From Thalia democratica (lineage: Eukaryota): 64,000 bases of DNA. Below the pieces are notes generated by a model, which searched no databases, had not been told where the DNA came from, and saw only the letters and a list, made by a program, of their open reading frames with translations. Position 1 is the stretch's first letter; every line of letters starts with the position of its first letter. The stretch is taken from NCBI GenBank assembly GCA_965202585.1, contig OZ241831.1, positions 33,604,001 through 33,668,000 on the forward strand, written 5' to 3'. Below, one piece after another: positions 13,771-27,289 of this stretch. Both the position numbers and the translations under genes were made by a program.

Positions 13771-14993
13771 AATTTGGGACCGTAGATTGTTAGTCTTCTT
13801 CAATTTGCATGGAATCCACCTACTATATTAATCTTCCCCATGAAATTGCATATGCAAGCATGTTGATTTAAGTACTTTTTACCTAACATTTTTTTTCACT
13901 TATTTTTATTGTCAATGTTGAATAGGAAAATATGAAGTTAGAGCCCATAAAATAAATGACTTCGTCGATAAACAAGCTTTTATAAATACTAGAATGAAGT
14001 TCTAAAAAGCTTAGAAATCTTTTACTTGCGTCGGAAGACTTTCTATTATCAAGTTTGTACAAACTAGTTCCTATATTAGAAATTATCTCAAAATTTTCCT
14101 GGTTGCAATACCAAGCTTGGTAACCAATAGAACTCGGGTCATATGTATCTACTGATTTGTTATAAATTGCATTATTTATATACGTTTTACTGTCTGCGCA
14201 ATTTGAAAACGAGCTGTAATCTGTTAACAAATTTTCTAAGCAAGCTTTTGACAACAATGGTAGACGAATTTGTTTTATCAGTTTTTTGGCAAATTTACCT
14301 CTTTGCTTGTGATTATGCTTAATCCAGCTATCAACAGCAACTACAAGTTCCATTTCTGATGTTATTTCCAGTTCTGAGGTTGATAAAAGTTTTTTGAACG
14401 AGTCAAGACTTAAATCGAAGTGACTTTTGTTGGCTACTAAATAACAAAACCATCTTTCAATGCACTTAATTGCACATGTTTGAAAACGTGGTAGATTGAA
14501 CAGTCTTGATACTTAAAAAAAGCATAAGGAATTCTGCACGTTAAATGAAATTGCAACCATGCCTTTACCAACTTTTTTCAAGTCTTCAGAGTTAAGCATT
14601 TTACCAACCTTAATAAAACCTATTGTTTCTAATTTCTGCAAACTCTTCTTTTCTGTTAGTTAATTAAATGATGAAATTAAGTTCATGCTATACGCTAGAG
14701 GCAAAGTTATTAATGAACAAAATATTAAAACAAAATAAGAATTTGTGTTTTCAAAACCAACCTTTGTTATAAAACTTTAAAAAGTTTTCTACAGTACTTC
14801 TGCTAGTTCTACTGGAGGCATTGTATTTGCAAGTTCTAACTATTTTTTCTCCTACATCATTTCTCTTCCAAATATCAAGATGATTTAACAGCTTTTCACG
14901 TACATTAACGTTTACAGTTGAACTTCTGGTTTTCTTCTTTTTAATTGGAAAGTTTTTTGAAGCACTGTTACTTTGACGTTTTCTTTCACCCAT
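13771..14993 (-). pseudogene. G4: 3'-truncated BACK-Kelch copy
   Basis: Exon 1 ORF is 14751-14993. Exon 2 has GAA>TAA at LCFF*, a frameshift at SEKKC*, and the shared truncation junction at 13771. Confidence 0.9.
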
Positions 14994-17097
14994 TTTTATG
15001 TAATAAATATAACTGCTGCAAAAACAGTTATAAGTTACAATTTTATATAAAAAAATATGGATAACTTTTCTAAGAAAGATTATTTTCTTAAATCAAGTTA
15101 AATAAATTCTTACATTTATTGTTTTTTCCAAGTAAAATAATTTTTAAGTATAAAATTTTAAACTGAAAATTAAATAAATGACAAACCAGTTAAAAACTGG
15201 ACTAAAAGAATATTTTTTTTGTAACACTATAGATGAAAATAATAGTTCTTTTAGTTACATTAAAGACACCTTTACTTAAACTTAGAAAGTAGTCTAACTT
15301 TGTGCCTTATTAAATAATCTCCACAAATTTTATAGTTAACAATTGCAGAACTTTGTGGAGTTATGAATACAGAATTTTCAAAAGGAGGCGTAGTTTGTTG
15401 TGAACTTCATAAATTGTATAATAACGTTGAAAAAAAATTGTAAAGATACTTGAAGGTGTTTTAGGGAACACAAAATAAGTTCACTATATGTTGTTGCTTC
15501 CAGCTGCACACCAAACTCAACTAGCTGCTTACATGAAACTGCCTATCACGCATTCGCCCCGTTGCATCAGTATTTAGTTTAAAACATTACATCAGATGAT
15601 TCTCATTGGCTCGTGCAATGAAGCGTATCTAACTCTAAATATTCTCAAAAACAATGACAATGCAAGGAATTTGCACTGTCATTATTACATATCAAAATCT
15701 TAAATACTTTAGCATTTTATGTCAAGTTCAAGGTTTTTGGAAGCGCTGAAGTGACCAAAAATTAGTTATATGTCTTCAGGTTGAATAATCAGCATAAAAA
15801 TTTATGATAAACTGATTTTGAGGTTTTCAAAATAACAAAAATCTAGTTTTGTAAAATAAAAAATAAAAATTTGTTGATATATTTTTAACAAAACTTATAA
15901 AAACTTTAAAAAGTTTTTTATGTTTATTAAAAAAAAGCTCAAGTTTTACAACAAATAAAAATCACAATGGATTAAAAACTTATAAAAATGATATTGTAAA
16001 GCTAACTTACAAAACTAAAAAAATATGGTGCTACAACTCTATACAAAAGCAAGCATGTGTACAATTTTCATAGGGTCATTTTTTACTTTATTTATATTTT
16101 ATTTTATATAAACCACTTCAAGTGGCTCTGAAGAATTGCGTCGATCTAGACGAAATACTGATAATTGAAAGTTAGTTTTCTACTACTTGCATTATGTATA
16201 TGTAGGAAATACTGCATCAAACATTGTTTGTATTTATTTATTACGTCACTATATTTTAGAGTAAGATAATAAAATGAGAGATTATAAAGAGAAAGTAAAC
16301 TTTTTTTCTTTTTTTAACTGGATGCGCCTTAACAAAATAAAATCATATACCCACTAGTACTACATTATCTACCTACCATACATTTACTCAAAAAAATTGT
16401 TTAAAATGAAATTCCTGCATTTATTATTTATTTATCATTATTACAAAAAAGAAAACATAATTAAAAATTACGCTTTAATACTAGCAACTTATTAAATAAA
16501 TACGGTTAGAATTCGGATCTCGTTTAAATTTAGGATTCTGTCGGATCCTAACAATTTAATTTGTTTATAAAGTAAATATAATACAAGATACCACACTGTG
16601 GCGATTAAGCAATGCTAATTCTTTCATTAAAAAACATACATTCAACAACATACAATGCATTCAAGTAAACACATTTAAGTAAAGAATATAAAAACAAAGG
16701 ATAAAAACTAATATGTGCAATATTGTATCTACAGGTAGAATTTAAAAAACGTATTGTATATAACTGTTCAAAAATATAGGCTTAATCGTTTACTAACAAA
16801 TGATCCTAGTGAAGTAACTTTACGGGAACATAAATAAAAACAAATTGAACAATAATCTTCCTTTATTGTACCAACATATGTTTCTGTGTGTTAACGAATC
16901 AACACACTTCAACTGGGTTCTTCAAAAAATAATTACTGCAATGAAAGAATAGAAGCATAGAATAAAGTAGGTGTATACATGTTTTCATTAAAATAAAATA
17001 TTTTCTACAGACAATAGTTAATAATAGGTAAAATACTTAATATTCAATCCTACTGTTATAAAACTATAGAATATTTGTGATTATTAAGTCTAAAATA

Positions 17098-17418
17098 AGT
17101 AAAGTAAACTGAAATACACAATAAAACAACAAATCATAATATAAACAAACAACTCACGATAATGGAAAGAAAAACTGATTCAAATTTTACTGTTGTTAAT
17201 GAATGAACGAAACAAATTCATCACATCTAACAATCACGTCACAATGCAAATGAGGCCATCTCAACCATTCATTGTGACGTGATTGTTAGATGTGGTGACT
17301 GTGTTTCATTCATTCATTAACAACAGTAAAATTTGAATCAGTTTTTCTTTCTATTAACGTGAGTTGTTTCTTTACATTATGATTTGTTGTTTTATTGTGT
17401 AGTTCAGTTTACTTTACT
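17098..17418. repeat. Fold-back palindrome P4
   Basis: Loop orientation A at 17247-17269. Confidence 0.95.
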
Positions 17419-17660
17419 ATTGTATGTAGGTAAGTAAAAATTTAAAATGTTTGCTTAAGTGTTTTACTGATTTTTCAACTTGTTTTATTGATTAAAAAAA
17501 TTATTAAGTTCTACTTGCATAAAACTTAGTTTAATTCAACTATACCAAATGAACAATACTTTTGAAAAATGTTTTAAGTGCAAAATTGAGTTTAAAAACT
17601 TGCTTTTTCACGTTGCTTATGGTTACTTATGCACCAATAATTAGAATTTTTTTTTGAAGT

Positions 17661-18977
17661 TTAAAAAGTCAACTTTTTAAAAATAATTTGTATAAAATGA
17701 AATGATAAAATACTTTCTATCAAAAATAATAGAACTTTAAGATGTAGTATAAATTTGGGACCGTAGATTGTTAGTCTTCTGCAATTTGCATGGAATCCAC
17801 CTACTATATTAATCTTCCCCATGAGATTGCATATGCAAGCATGTTGGTTTAAGTGCTTTTTACCTAACAATTTCTTTTCACTTATTTTTTTGTCAATGTT
17901 GAATAGGAAAATATGAAGTTAGAGCCCATAAAATAAATGACTTCGTCGATAAACACGCTTTTATAAATACTAGAGTGAGGCTCTAAAAAGCTTAGAAATT
18001 TTTTACTTGCGTCGGATGACTTTTTATTATCAAGTTTGTACAAACTAGTTCCTATATTAGAAATTATCTCAAAAAATTCCTGGTTGCAATACCAAGTTTG
18101 GTAACCAATAAAACTCGGGTCATATGTATCTACTGATTTGTTATCAACTGCATTATTTATATACGTTTTACTGTCTGCGCAATTTTAAAACGAGCTGTAA
18201 TCTGTTAACAAATTTTCTAAGCAAGCTTTTGACAACAATGGTAGGCGAATTCGTTTAATCAGTTCCTTGGCAAATTTACCTCTTCGCTTGTAATTATGCT
18301 TAATCCAGCTATCAACAGCAACTACAAGTTCCATTTCTGATGTTATTTCCAGTTCTGAGGTTGATAAAAGTTTTCTGAACGATTCAAAACTTAAATCGAA
18401 GTGACTTTTGTTGGCTACTAAATAACAAAACCATCTTTCAATGCACTTAATTGCACATGTTTGAAAACGTGGTAGATTGAACAGTCTTGATACTTAAAAA
18501 AAGCATAAGGAATTCTGCACGTTAAATGATATTGCAACCATGCCTTTACCAACTTTTTTCAAATCTTCAGAGTTAAGCATTTTACCAACCTTAATAAATC
18601 CTATTGTTTCTAATTTCTGCAAACTCTTCTTTTCTGTTAGTTAATTAAATGATAAAATTAAGTTAATGCTATACGCTAGAGGCAAAGCTATTAATGAACA
18701 AAATATTAAAACAAAATAAGAATTTGTGTTTTCAAAACCAACATTTTTTATAAAACTTTAATAAGTTTTCTACAGTACTTCTGCTAGTTCTACTGGAGGC
18801 ATTGTATTTGCAAGTTCTAACTATTTTATCTCCTTTATCATTTCTCTTGCAAGAGTCAAGATGATTTAACAGCTTCTCACGTACATTATCGTTTACAGTT
18901 GAACTTCTGGTTTTCTTCTTTTTAATTGGAAAGTTTTTTGAAGCATTGTTACTTTGACGACGTTTTCTTTCACCCAT
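17661..18977 (-). pseudogene. G5: 3'-truncated BACK-Kelch copy
   Basis: Exon 1 has an in-frame 3-nt insertion (ERKRRQ). Exon 2 has GAA>TAA at LCFF*, further stops, and the shared truncation junction at 17752. Confidence 0.9.
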
Positions 18978-21283
18978 TTTTATGTAATACATATAACTGC
19001 TGCAAAAACAGTTATAAGTTACAATTTTATATAAAAAAATATGGATAACTTTTTTAAGAAAGATTATTTTCTTAAATCAAGTTAAACAAATTCATACAAT
19101 TATTGTTTTTTCCAAGTAAAATAATTTTTAAGTATAAAATTTTAAACAGAGTACTAAATAAATGACAAACCAGTTAAAAACTGAACTAAAAGAATATTTT
19201 TTTTCGTAACACTATAGATGAAAATAATAATTCTTATAGTTACATTAAAGACACCTTTACTTAAACTTAGAAAGTAGTCTAACTTTGTGTCTTATTAAAT
19301 AATCTCCACAAATTTTATAGCTAACAATTGCAGAACTTTGTGGAGTTATGAATACAGAACTTTCAAAAGGAGGCGTAGTTTGTTGTGAAAAAGTAATAAG
19401 CAACAAGGAAGAAAGAACTGGTAAATAACAAGTTGATATTGAATCTTTTTAAAATTTTGAAAAATTTGCAATGAAAAAATTTTTTGGAAACCCCAGTTTA
19501 AACTTTCAAATTCTTTGTGAAAACCTCAAGTTTTATCAAATAATATTAAAAAAAGCTTGTTAAAGTTTAAGAAAGTTTTATTGAGGAACTTCTTAAATTT
19601 TATAATAACGTTGAAAAAAATTTGTAAAGATACTTGAAGGTGTTTTAGGGAACACAAAATAAGTTTAATATATGTTGTTGCTTCCAGCTGCACACCAAAC
19701 TCAACTAGCTGCTTACATGAAACTGCCTATCACGCATTCGCCCCGTTGCATCAGTATTTAGTTTAAAACATTACATCAGATGATTCTCATTGGCTCGTGC
19801 AATGAAGCGTATCTAACTCTAAATATTCTCAAAAACAATGACAATGCAAGGAATTTGCACTGTCATTACTATGTATCAAAATCTTAAATACTTTAGCATT
19901 ATATGTCAAGTTCAAGGTTTTTGGAAGCGCTGAAGTGACCAAAAAGTAGTTATATGTCTTCAGGTTGAATAATCGGCATAAAAATTTATGATAAACTGGT
20001 TTTGAGGTTTTCAAAATAACATAAATCTAGTTTTGTAAAATAAAAAATAAAAACTTGTTAATATATTTTTAACAAAACTTATGAAAACTTAAAAAAGTTT
20101 TATTATGTTTATTAAAAAAAAAAGCTCAAGATTTACAACAAAAAAAATCACAATGGATTAAAAACTTATAAAAATGATATTGTAAAGCTAACTTACAAAA
20201 CTAAAAAAATATGGTGCTACAACTCTATACAAAAGCAAACATGTGTACATTTTTCATAGGATCACTTTTTACTTTATTTATACTTTTTTTTATATAAACC
20301 ACTTCAAGTGGCTTTGAAGAATTGCGTCGATCTAGACGAAATACTGATAATTGAAAGTTAGTTTTCTACTACTTGCATTATGTATATGTAGGAAATACTG
20401 TATCAAACATTGTTTGTATTTATTTATTACGTCACTATATTTTAGAGTAAGATAATAAAATGAGAGATTACAGAGAGAAAGTATTTTTTTTTTCTTTTTT
20501 TAACTGGATGCACCTTAACAAAATAAAATCATATACCCACTAGTACTACATTATCTACCTATCATACATTTACTCAAAAAATTTGTTTAAAATTAAATTC
20601 CTGCATTTATTATTTATTTATCATTATTACAAAAAAGAAAACATAATTAAAAATTACGCTTTAATACTTGCGATTTATTATATAAATACGGTTAGAAGTC
20701 GGGTCTCGTTTAAATTTAGGATTCTGTCGGATCCTAACAATTTTAGTTGTTTATAAAGTAAATATAATACAAGATACCACACTGTGGCGATTAAACAATT
20801 TTAATTCTTTCATTAAAAAACATACATTCAACAACATACAATGCATTCAAGTAAACACATTTAACTCAAGAATATAAAAACAAAGGATAAAAACTAATAT
20901 GTGCAATATTGTATCTACAGGTAGAATTTAAAAAACGTATTGTATATAACTGTTCAAAAATATAGGCTTAATCGTTTACTAACAAATGATCCTAGTGAAG
21001 TAACTTTACTGGAACATAAATAAAAACAAATTGAACAGTAATCTTCCTTTATTGTACCAACATATGTTTCTGTGTGTTAACGAATCAACACACTTCAACT
21101 GGGTTCTGTAAAAAATAATTACTGCAATGAAAGAATAGAAGCATAGAATAAAGTAGGTGTATACATGTTTTCATTAAAATAAAATATTTTCTACAGACGA
21201 TAGTTAATAATAGGTAAAATACTTAATATTCAATCCTACTGTTACAAAACTATAGAATATTTGTGATTATTAAGTCTAAAATA

Positions 21284-21604
21284 AGTAAAGTAAACTGAAA
21301 TACACAATAAAACAACAAATTTCAATATAAACAAACAACTCACGTTAATGGAAAGAAAAACTGATTCAAATTTTACTGTTGTTAATGAATGAACGAAACA
21401 AACTCACCACATCTAACAATCACGTCACAATGAATGGTTGAGATGGCCTCATTTGTAATGTGACGTGATTGTTAGATGTGGTGAGTGTGTTTCATTCATT
21501 CATTAACAACAGTAAAATTTGAATCAGTTTTTCTTTCTATTAACATGAGTTGTTTGTTTATATTATGATTTGTTGTTTTATTGTGTAGTTCAGTTTACTT
21601 TACT
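21284..21604. repeat. Fold-back palindrome P5 (loop inverted)
   Basis: Loop 21433-21455 is inverted as in P3. Confidence 0.95.
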
Positions 21605-22048
21605 ATTGTATATAGGTAGGTAAAAATTTAAAATGTTTGCTTAACTGTTTTACTGATTTTTCAACTTGTTTTATTGATTAAAAAAATTATTAAGTTCTAC
21701 TTGCATAAAACTTAGTTTAATTCAACTATATCAAATGAACAATACTTTTGAAAAATGTTTTAAGTGCAAAATTGAGTTTAAAAACTTGCTTTTTCACGTT
21801 GCTTATGGTTACTTATGGACCAATAATTAGAATTTTTTTTTGAATTTTAAAAAGTCAACTTTAAAAAATAATTTGTATAAAATGAAATGATAAAATACTT
21901 TCTTTCAAAAATAATAGATTTTTAAGATGTAGTATAAATTTGGGACCGTAGATTGTTAGTCTTCTTCAATTTGCATGGAATCCACCTACTATATTAATCT
22001 TCCCCATGAAATTGCATATGCAAGCATGTTGATTTAAGTACTTTTTAC

Positions 22049-23159
22049 CTAGCATTTTTTTTCACTTATTTTTATTGTCAATGTTGAATAGGAAAATATG
22101 AAGTTAGAGCCCATAAAATAAATGACTTCGTCGATAAACAAGCTTTTATAAATACTAGAATGAAGTTCTAAAAAGCTTAGAAATCTTTTACTTGCGTCGG
22201 AAGACTTTCTATTATCAAGTTTGTACAAACTAGTTCCTATATTAGAAATTATCTCAAAATTTTCCTGGTTGCAATACCAAGCTTGGTAACCAATAGAACT
22301 TGGGTCATATGTATCTACTGATTTGTTATAAATTGCATTATTTATATACGTTTTACTGTCTGCGCAATTTGAAAACGAGCTGTAATCTTTTAACAAATTT
22401 TCTAAGCAAGCTTTTGACAACAATGGTAGACGAATTTGTTTTATCAGTTTTTTGGCAAATTTATCTCTTTGCTTGTGATTATGCTTAATCCAGCTATCAA
22501 CAGCAACTACAAGTTCCATTTCTGATGTTATTTCCAGTTCTGAGGTTGATAAAAGTTTTTTGAACGAGTCAAGACTTAAATCGAAGTGACTTTTGTTGGC
22601 TACTAAATAACAAAACCATCTTTCAATGCACTTAATTGCACATGTTTGAAAACGTGGTAGATTGAACAGTCTTGATACTTCAAAAAAGCATAAGGAATTT
22701 TGCACGTTAAATGATATTGCAACCATGCATTTACCAACTTTTTTCAAATCTTCAGATGATAGCATTTTACCAACCTTAATAAAACCTATTGTTTCTAATT
22801 TCTGCAAACTCTTCTTTTCTGTTAGTTAATTAAATGATGAAATTAAGTTCATGCTATACGCTAGAGGCAAAGTTATTAATGAACAAAATATTAAAACAAA
22901 ATAAGAATTTGTGTTTTCAAAACCAACCTTTGTTATAAAACTTTAAAAAGTTTTCTACAGTACTTCTGCTAGTTCTACTGGAGGCATTGTATTTGCAAGT
23001 TCTAACTATTTTATCTCCTACATCATTTCTCTTGCAAATATCAAGATGATTTAACAGCTTTTCACGTACATTAACGTTTACAGTTGAACTTCTGGTTTTC
23101 TTCTTTTTAATTGGAAAGTTTTTTGAAGCACTGTTACTTTGACGTTTTCTTTCACCCAT
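22049..23159 (-). CDS. G6: spliced open ORF, 333 aa, basic N-terminus + BACK domain, no Kelch propeller
   Basis: Exon 1 23159-22928 (232 nt, ends AAAG|GTTGG), 109-nt intron 22927-22819 (CTAACAG|), exon 2 22818-22049. Joining gives ...FYNKEKKSLQKLETIGF... in frame with the 252-aa track ORF. It ends at the frameshift SEKKC*. Expression is unknown. Confidence 0.6.
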
Positions 23160-25162
23160 TTTTATGTAATAAATATAACTGCTGCAAAAACAGTTATAAG
23201 TTACAATTTTATATAAAAAAATATGGATAACTTTTCTAAGAAAGATTATTTTCTTAAATCAAGTTAAATAAATTCTTACATTTATTGTTTTTTCCAAGTA
23301 AAATAATTTTTAAGTATAAAATTTTAAACTGAAAATTAAATAAATGACAAACCAGTTAAAAACTGGACTAAAAGAATATTTTTTTTGTAACACTATAGAT
23401 GAAAATAATAGTTCTTTTAGTTACATTAAAGACACCTTTACTTAAACTTAGAAAGTAGTCTAACTTTGTGCCTTATTAAATAATCTCCACAAATTTTATA
23501 GTTAACAATTGCAGAACTTTGTGGAGTTATGAATACAGAATTTTCAAAAGGAGGCGTAGTTTGTTGTGAACTTCATAAATTGTATAATAACGTTGAAAAA
23601 AAATTGTAAAGATACTTGAAGGTGTTTTAGGGAACACAAAATAAGTTCACTATATGCTGTTGCTTCCAGCTGCACACCAAACTCAACTAGCTGCTTACAT
23701 GAAACTGCCTATCACGCATTCGCCCCGTTGCATCAGTATTTAGTTTAAAACATTACATCAGATGATTCTCATTGGCTCGTGCAATGAAGCGTATCTAACT
23801 CTAAATATTCTCAAAAACAATGACAATGCAAGGAATTTGCACTGTCATTACTATATATCAAAATCTTAAATACTTTAGCATTTTATGTCAAGTTAAAGGT
23901 TTTTGGAAGCGCTGAACTGACCAAAAATTAGTTATATGTCTTCAGGTTGAATAATCAGCATAAAAATTTATGATAAACTGATTTTGAGGTTTTCAAAATA
24001 ACAAAAATCTAGTTTTGTAAAATAAAAAATAAAAATCTGTTGATATATTTTTAACAAAACTTATAAAAACTTTAAAAAGTTTTATTATGTTTATTAAAAA
24101 AAAGCTCAAGTTTTACAACAAATAAAAATCACAATGGATTAAAAACTTATAAAAATGATATTGTAAAGCTAACTTACAAAACTAAAAAAATATGGTGCTA
24201 CAACTCTATACAAAAGCAAGCATGTGTACAATTTTCATAGGATCATTTTTTACTTTATTTATATTTTATTTTATATAAACCACTTCAAGTGGCTCTGAAG
24301 AATTGCGTCGATCTAGACGAAATACTGATAATTGAAAGTTAGTTTTCTACTACTTGCATTATGTATATGCAGGAAATACTGTATCAAACATTGTTTGTAT
24401 TTATTTATTACGTCACTATATTTTAGAGTAAGATAATGAAATGAGAGATTATAGAGAGAAAGTAAACTTTTTTTCTTTTTTTAACTGGATGCACCTTAAC
24501 AAAATAAAATCATATACCCACTAGTACTAAATTATCTACCTACCATACATTTACTCAAAAAATTTGTTTAAAATGAAATTCCTGCATTTATTATTTATTT
24601 ATCATTATTACAAAAAAGAAAACATAATTAAAAATGACGCTTTAATAATAGCGATTTATTAAATGAATACGGTTAGAATTCGGATCTCTTTTAAACTTAG
24701 GATTCTGTCGGATCCTAACAACTAAAGTTGTTTATAAAGTAAATATAGTACAAGATACCACACTGTGGCGATTAAGCAATGCTAATTTTTTCACTAAAAA
24801 AAATACATTCAACAACATACAATGCATTCAAGTAAACACATTTAACTCAAGAGTATAAAAACAAAGGATAAAATTTAATATGTGCAATATTGTATCTACA
24901 GGTAGAATTTAAAAAACGTATTGTATATAACTTATTGTATATAATTTTCTGTGTGTTAACGAATCAACAAACTTCAACTGGGTTCTGTAAAAAATAATTA
25001 CTGCAATGAAAGAATAGAAGCATAGAATAAAGTAGGTGTATACGTGTTTTCATTAAAATAAAACATTTTCTACAGACAATAGTTAATAATAGGTAAAATA
25101 CTTAATATTCAATCCTACTGTTACAAAACTATATAATATTTGTGATTATTAAGTCTAAAATA

Positions 25163-25482
25163 AGTAAAGTAAACTGAAATACACAATAAAACAACAAATC
25201 ATAATATAAACAAACAACTCACGTTAATCGAAAGAAAAACTGATTCAAATTTTACTGTTGTTAATGAATAAACGAAACAAATTCACCACATCTAACAATC
25301 ACATCACAATAAAAATGAGGCCATCTCAACCATTCATTGTGACGTGATTGTCGGATGTGGTGACTGTGTTTCATTCATTCATTAACAACAGTAAAATTTG
25401 AATCAGTTTTCTTTCTATTAACGTGAGTTGTTTGTTTATGTTATGATTTGTTGTTTTATTGTGTAGTTCAGTTTACTTTACT
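25163..25482. repeat. Fold-back palindrome P6
   Basis: Same arms, orientation A, slightly diverged. Confidence 0.93.
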
Positions 25483-25736
25483 ATTGTATGTAGGTAGGTA
25501 AAAATTTAAAATGTTTGCTTAACTGTTTTACTGATTTTTCAACTAGTTTTATTGATTAAAAAAATTATTAAGTTCAACTTGCATAAAACTTAGTTTAATT
25601 CAACTATATCAAATGAACAATACTTTTGAAAAATGATTTAAGTGCGAAATTGAGTTTAAAAACTTGCTTTTTCATGTTGCTTATGGTTACTTATTGACCA
25701 ATAATTAGAATTTTCTTTTGAAGTTTAAAAAGTCAA

Positions 25737-26296
25737 AGAAATTATCTCAAAATTTTCCTGGTTGCAATACCGAGCTTGGTAACCAATAGAACTCGGGTCA
25801 TGTGTATCTACTGATTTGTTATCAATTGCATTATTTATATACGTTTTACTGTCTGCGCAATTTGAAAACGAGTTGTAATCTGTTAACAAATTTTCTAAGC
25901 AAGCTTTGACAACAATGGTAGACGAATTCGTTTAATCAGTTCCTTGGCAAATTTACCTCTTTGCTTGTAATTATGCTTAATCCAGCTATCAGCAGCAACT
26001 ACAAGTTCCATTTCTGATGTTATTTCCAGTTCTGAGCTTGATAAAAGTTTTCTGAACGAGTCAAGACTTAAATCGAAGTGACTTTTGTTGGCTACTAAAT
26101 AACAAAACCATCTTTCAATGCACTTAATTGCACAAGTTTAAAAACGTGGTAGATTGAACAAACTTGATACTTCAAAAAAGCATAAGGAATTTTGCACGTT
26201 AAATGATATTGCAACCATTCCTTTACCAACTTTTCTCAAATCTTCAGAGTTAAGCATTTTACCAACCTTAAAAAAACCTATTGTATCTAATTTCTG
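25737..26296 (-). pseudogene. G7: internal exon-2 fragment terminating array A
   Basis: BACK-coding sequence only. The left side is fused to unit spacer (AAGTCAA|AGAAATT) and the right side to PLE 3' sequence at ~26297. Carries the LPRF* stop. Confidence 0.85.
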
Positions 26297-26624
26297 TTTA
26301 TTTTATTTTAAAACTTAGCGTATTTAACTCTTTTATCACATATTTCTATGTTTGTTTGTACTTGTACCCTTATTTGTAAGCGCCATTTTGTTTTGTGTTG
26401 TTATAAGCTAAATCTAAATCTGTATAGAACAAATCAGCTATTGTAAGTATAAATCATATTTAAAAATTTAAAATCATTTTCATTATTATTGTTTTTTGAT
26501 TTTGTTAATTAATTATCTTAAAATAACACTATACATTTTTAAATTTTCTAATTTAATTTGAATTTAATTATAATTTCTTCCATTATTGTATTTTTTTTTA
26601 TCCATCGTCTTATGTTTATTTATA

Positions 26625-26672
26625 TCGCAGGCCTGAAAATCCCTTAGGGGTGAAACATTGTTGCCTTTGTGA
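26625..26672 (+). ncRNA. Duplicate of the PLE-B hammerhead with core G8>A (probably inactive)
   Basis: Matches the 35478-35525 motif except CTGAAAA (A at 26638). Confidence 0.65.
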
Positions 26673-27289
26673 ATAAATAAATTTAAAAATTAATTTTGGC
26701 TCCAAAACTAAAATTGTTGAGACCTGTTGTGCTTAAGGAATAATCCTTGCATATAAATGTTTTAATAGAAAGACAGTTAAAATTTCTTATAGTTGCATGA
26801 GTAATGTTAAAACTTTAATACAATCGCACAACTAAACAGTAATTTCAAACTTTGAAAATAGACATATCAAAGCTAATACAATTAATAATTCTAGTAATAA
26901 AGTTAGTAATAACGTAGATATACATAATATTTCTAATTATTCTAATCATATTAATAATAACAGTAATAATAAAAATAATAATTTTAATATTAGTGATAAT
27001 AACGGTAGTAATGATGATAATCCTAATAGTTGTAAAATAGTAGAAAAAAAATAAAGTGCTTATGACTTCTACTTTTAAGTAAATTTCATATTTTCATTCA
27101 TATATTTTCTTAAATAACATTTACATAGATCATCGACGATCGAAATCCCTCTCACCATTTTAAAACCTGATAATATGTTATTTGGGGCCATAAATGGTTT
27201 GTAAAAATCTATGTTATCTATTATTAACTATCACATCATGATATATTCAATTAGTTTTTGATAAGTCACTAAGTTAGACTAAGAAATAA

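Larger units (their letters stand above)
715..26296 (-). repeat. Tandem array A of ~4.0-4.2 kb units (upstream region + exon 1 + intron + partial exon 2 of a BACK-Kelch gene)
   Basis: The landmark (C/T)TGAAGAATTGCGTCGATC recurs at 3800, 7977, 12147, 16128, 20314 and 24295 (spacings 4177, 4170, 3981, 4186, 3981). ORF-track peptides repeat once per unit. Confidence 0.97.
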
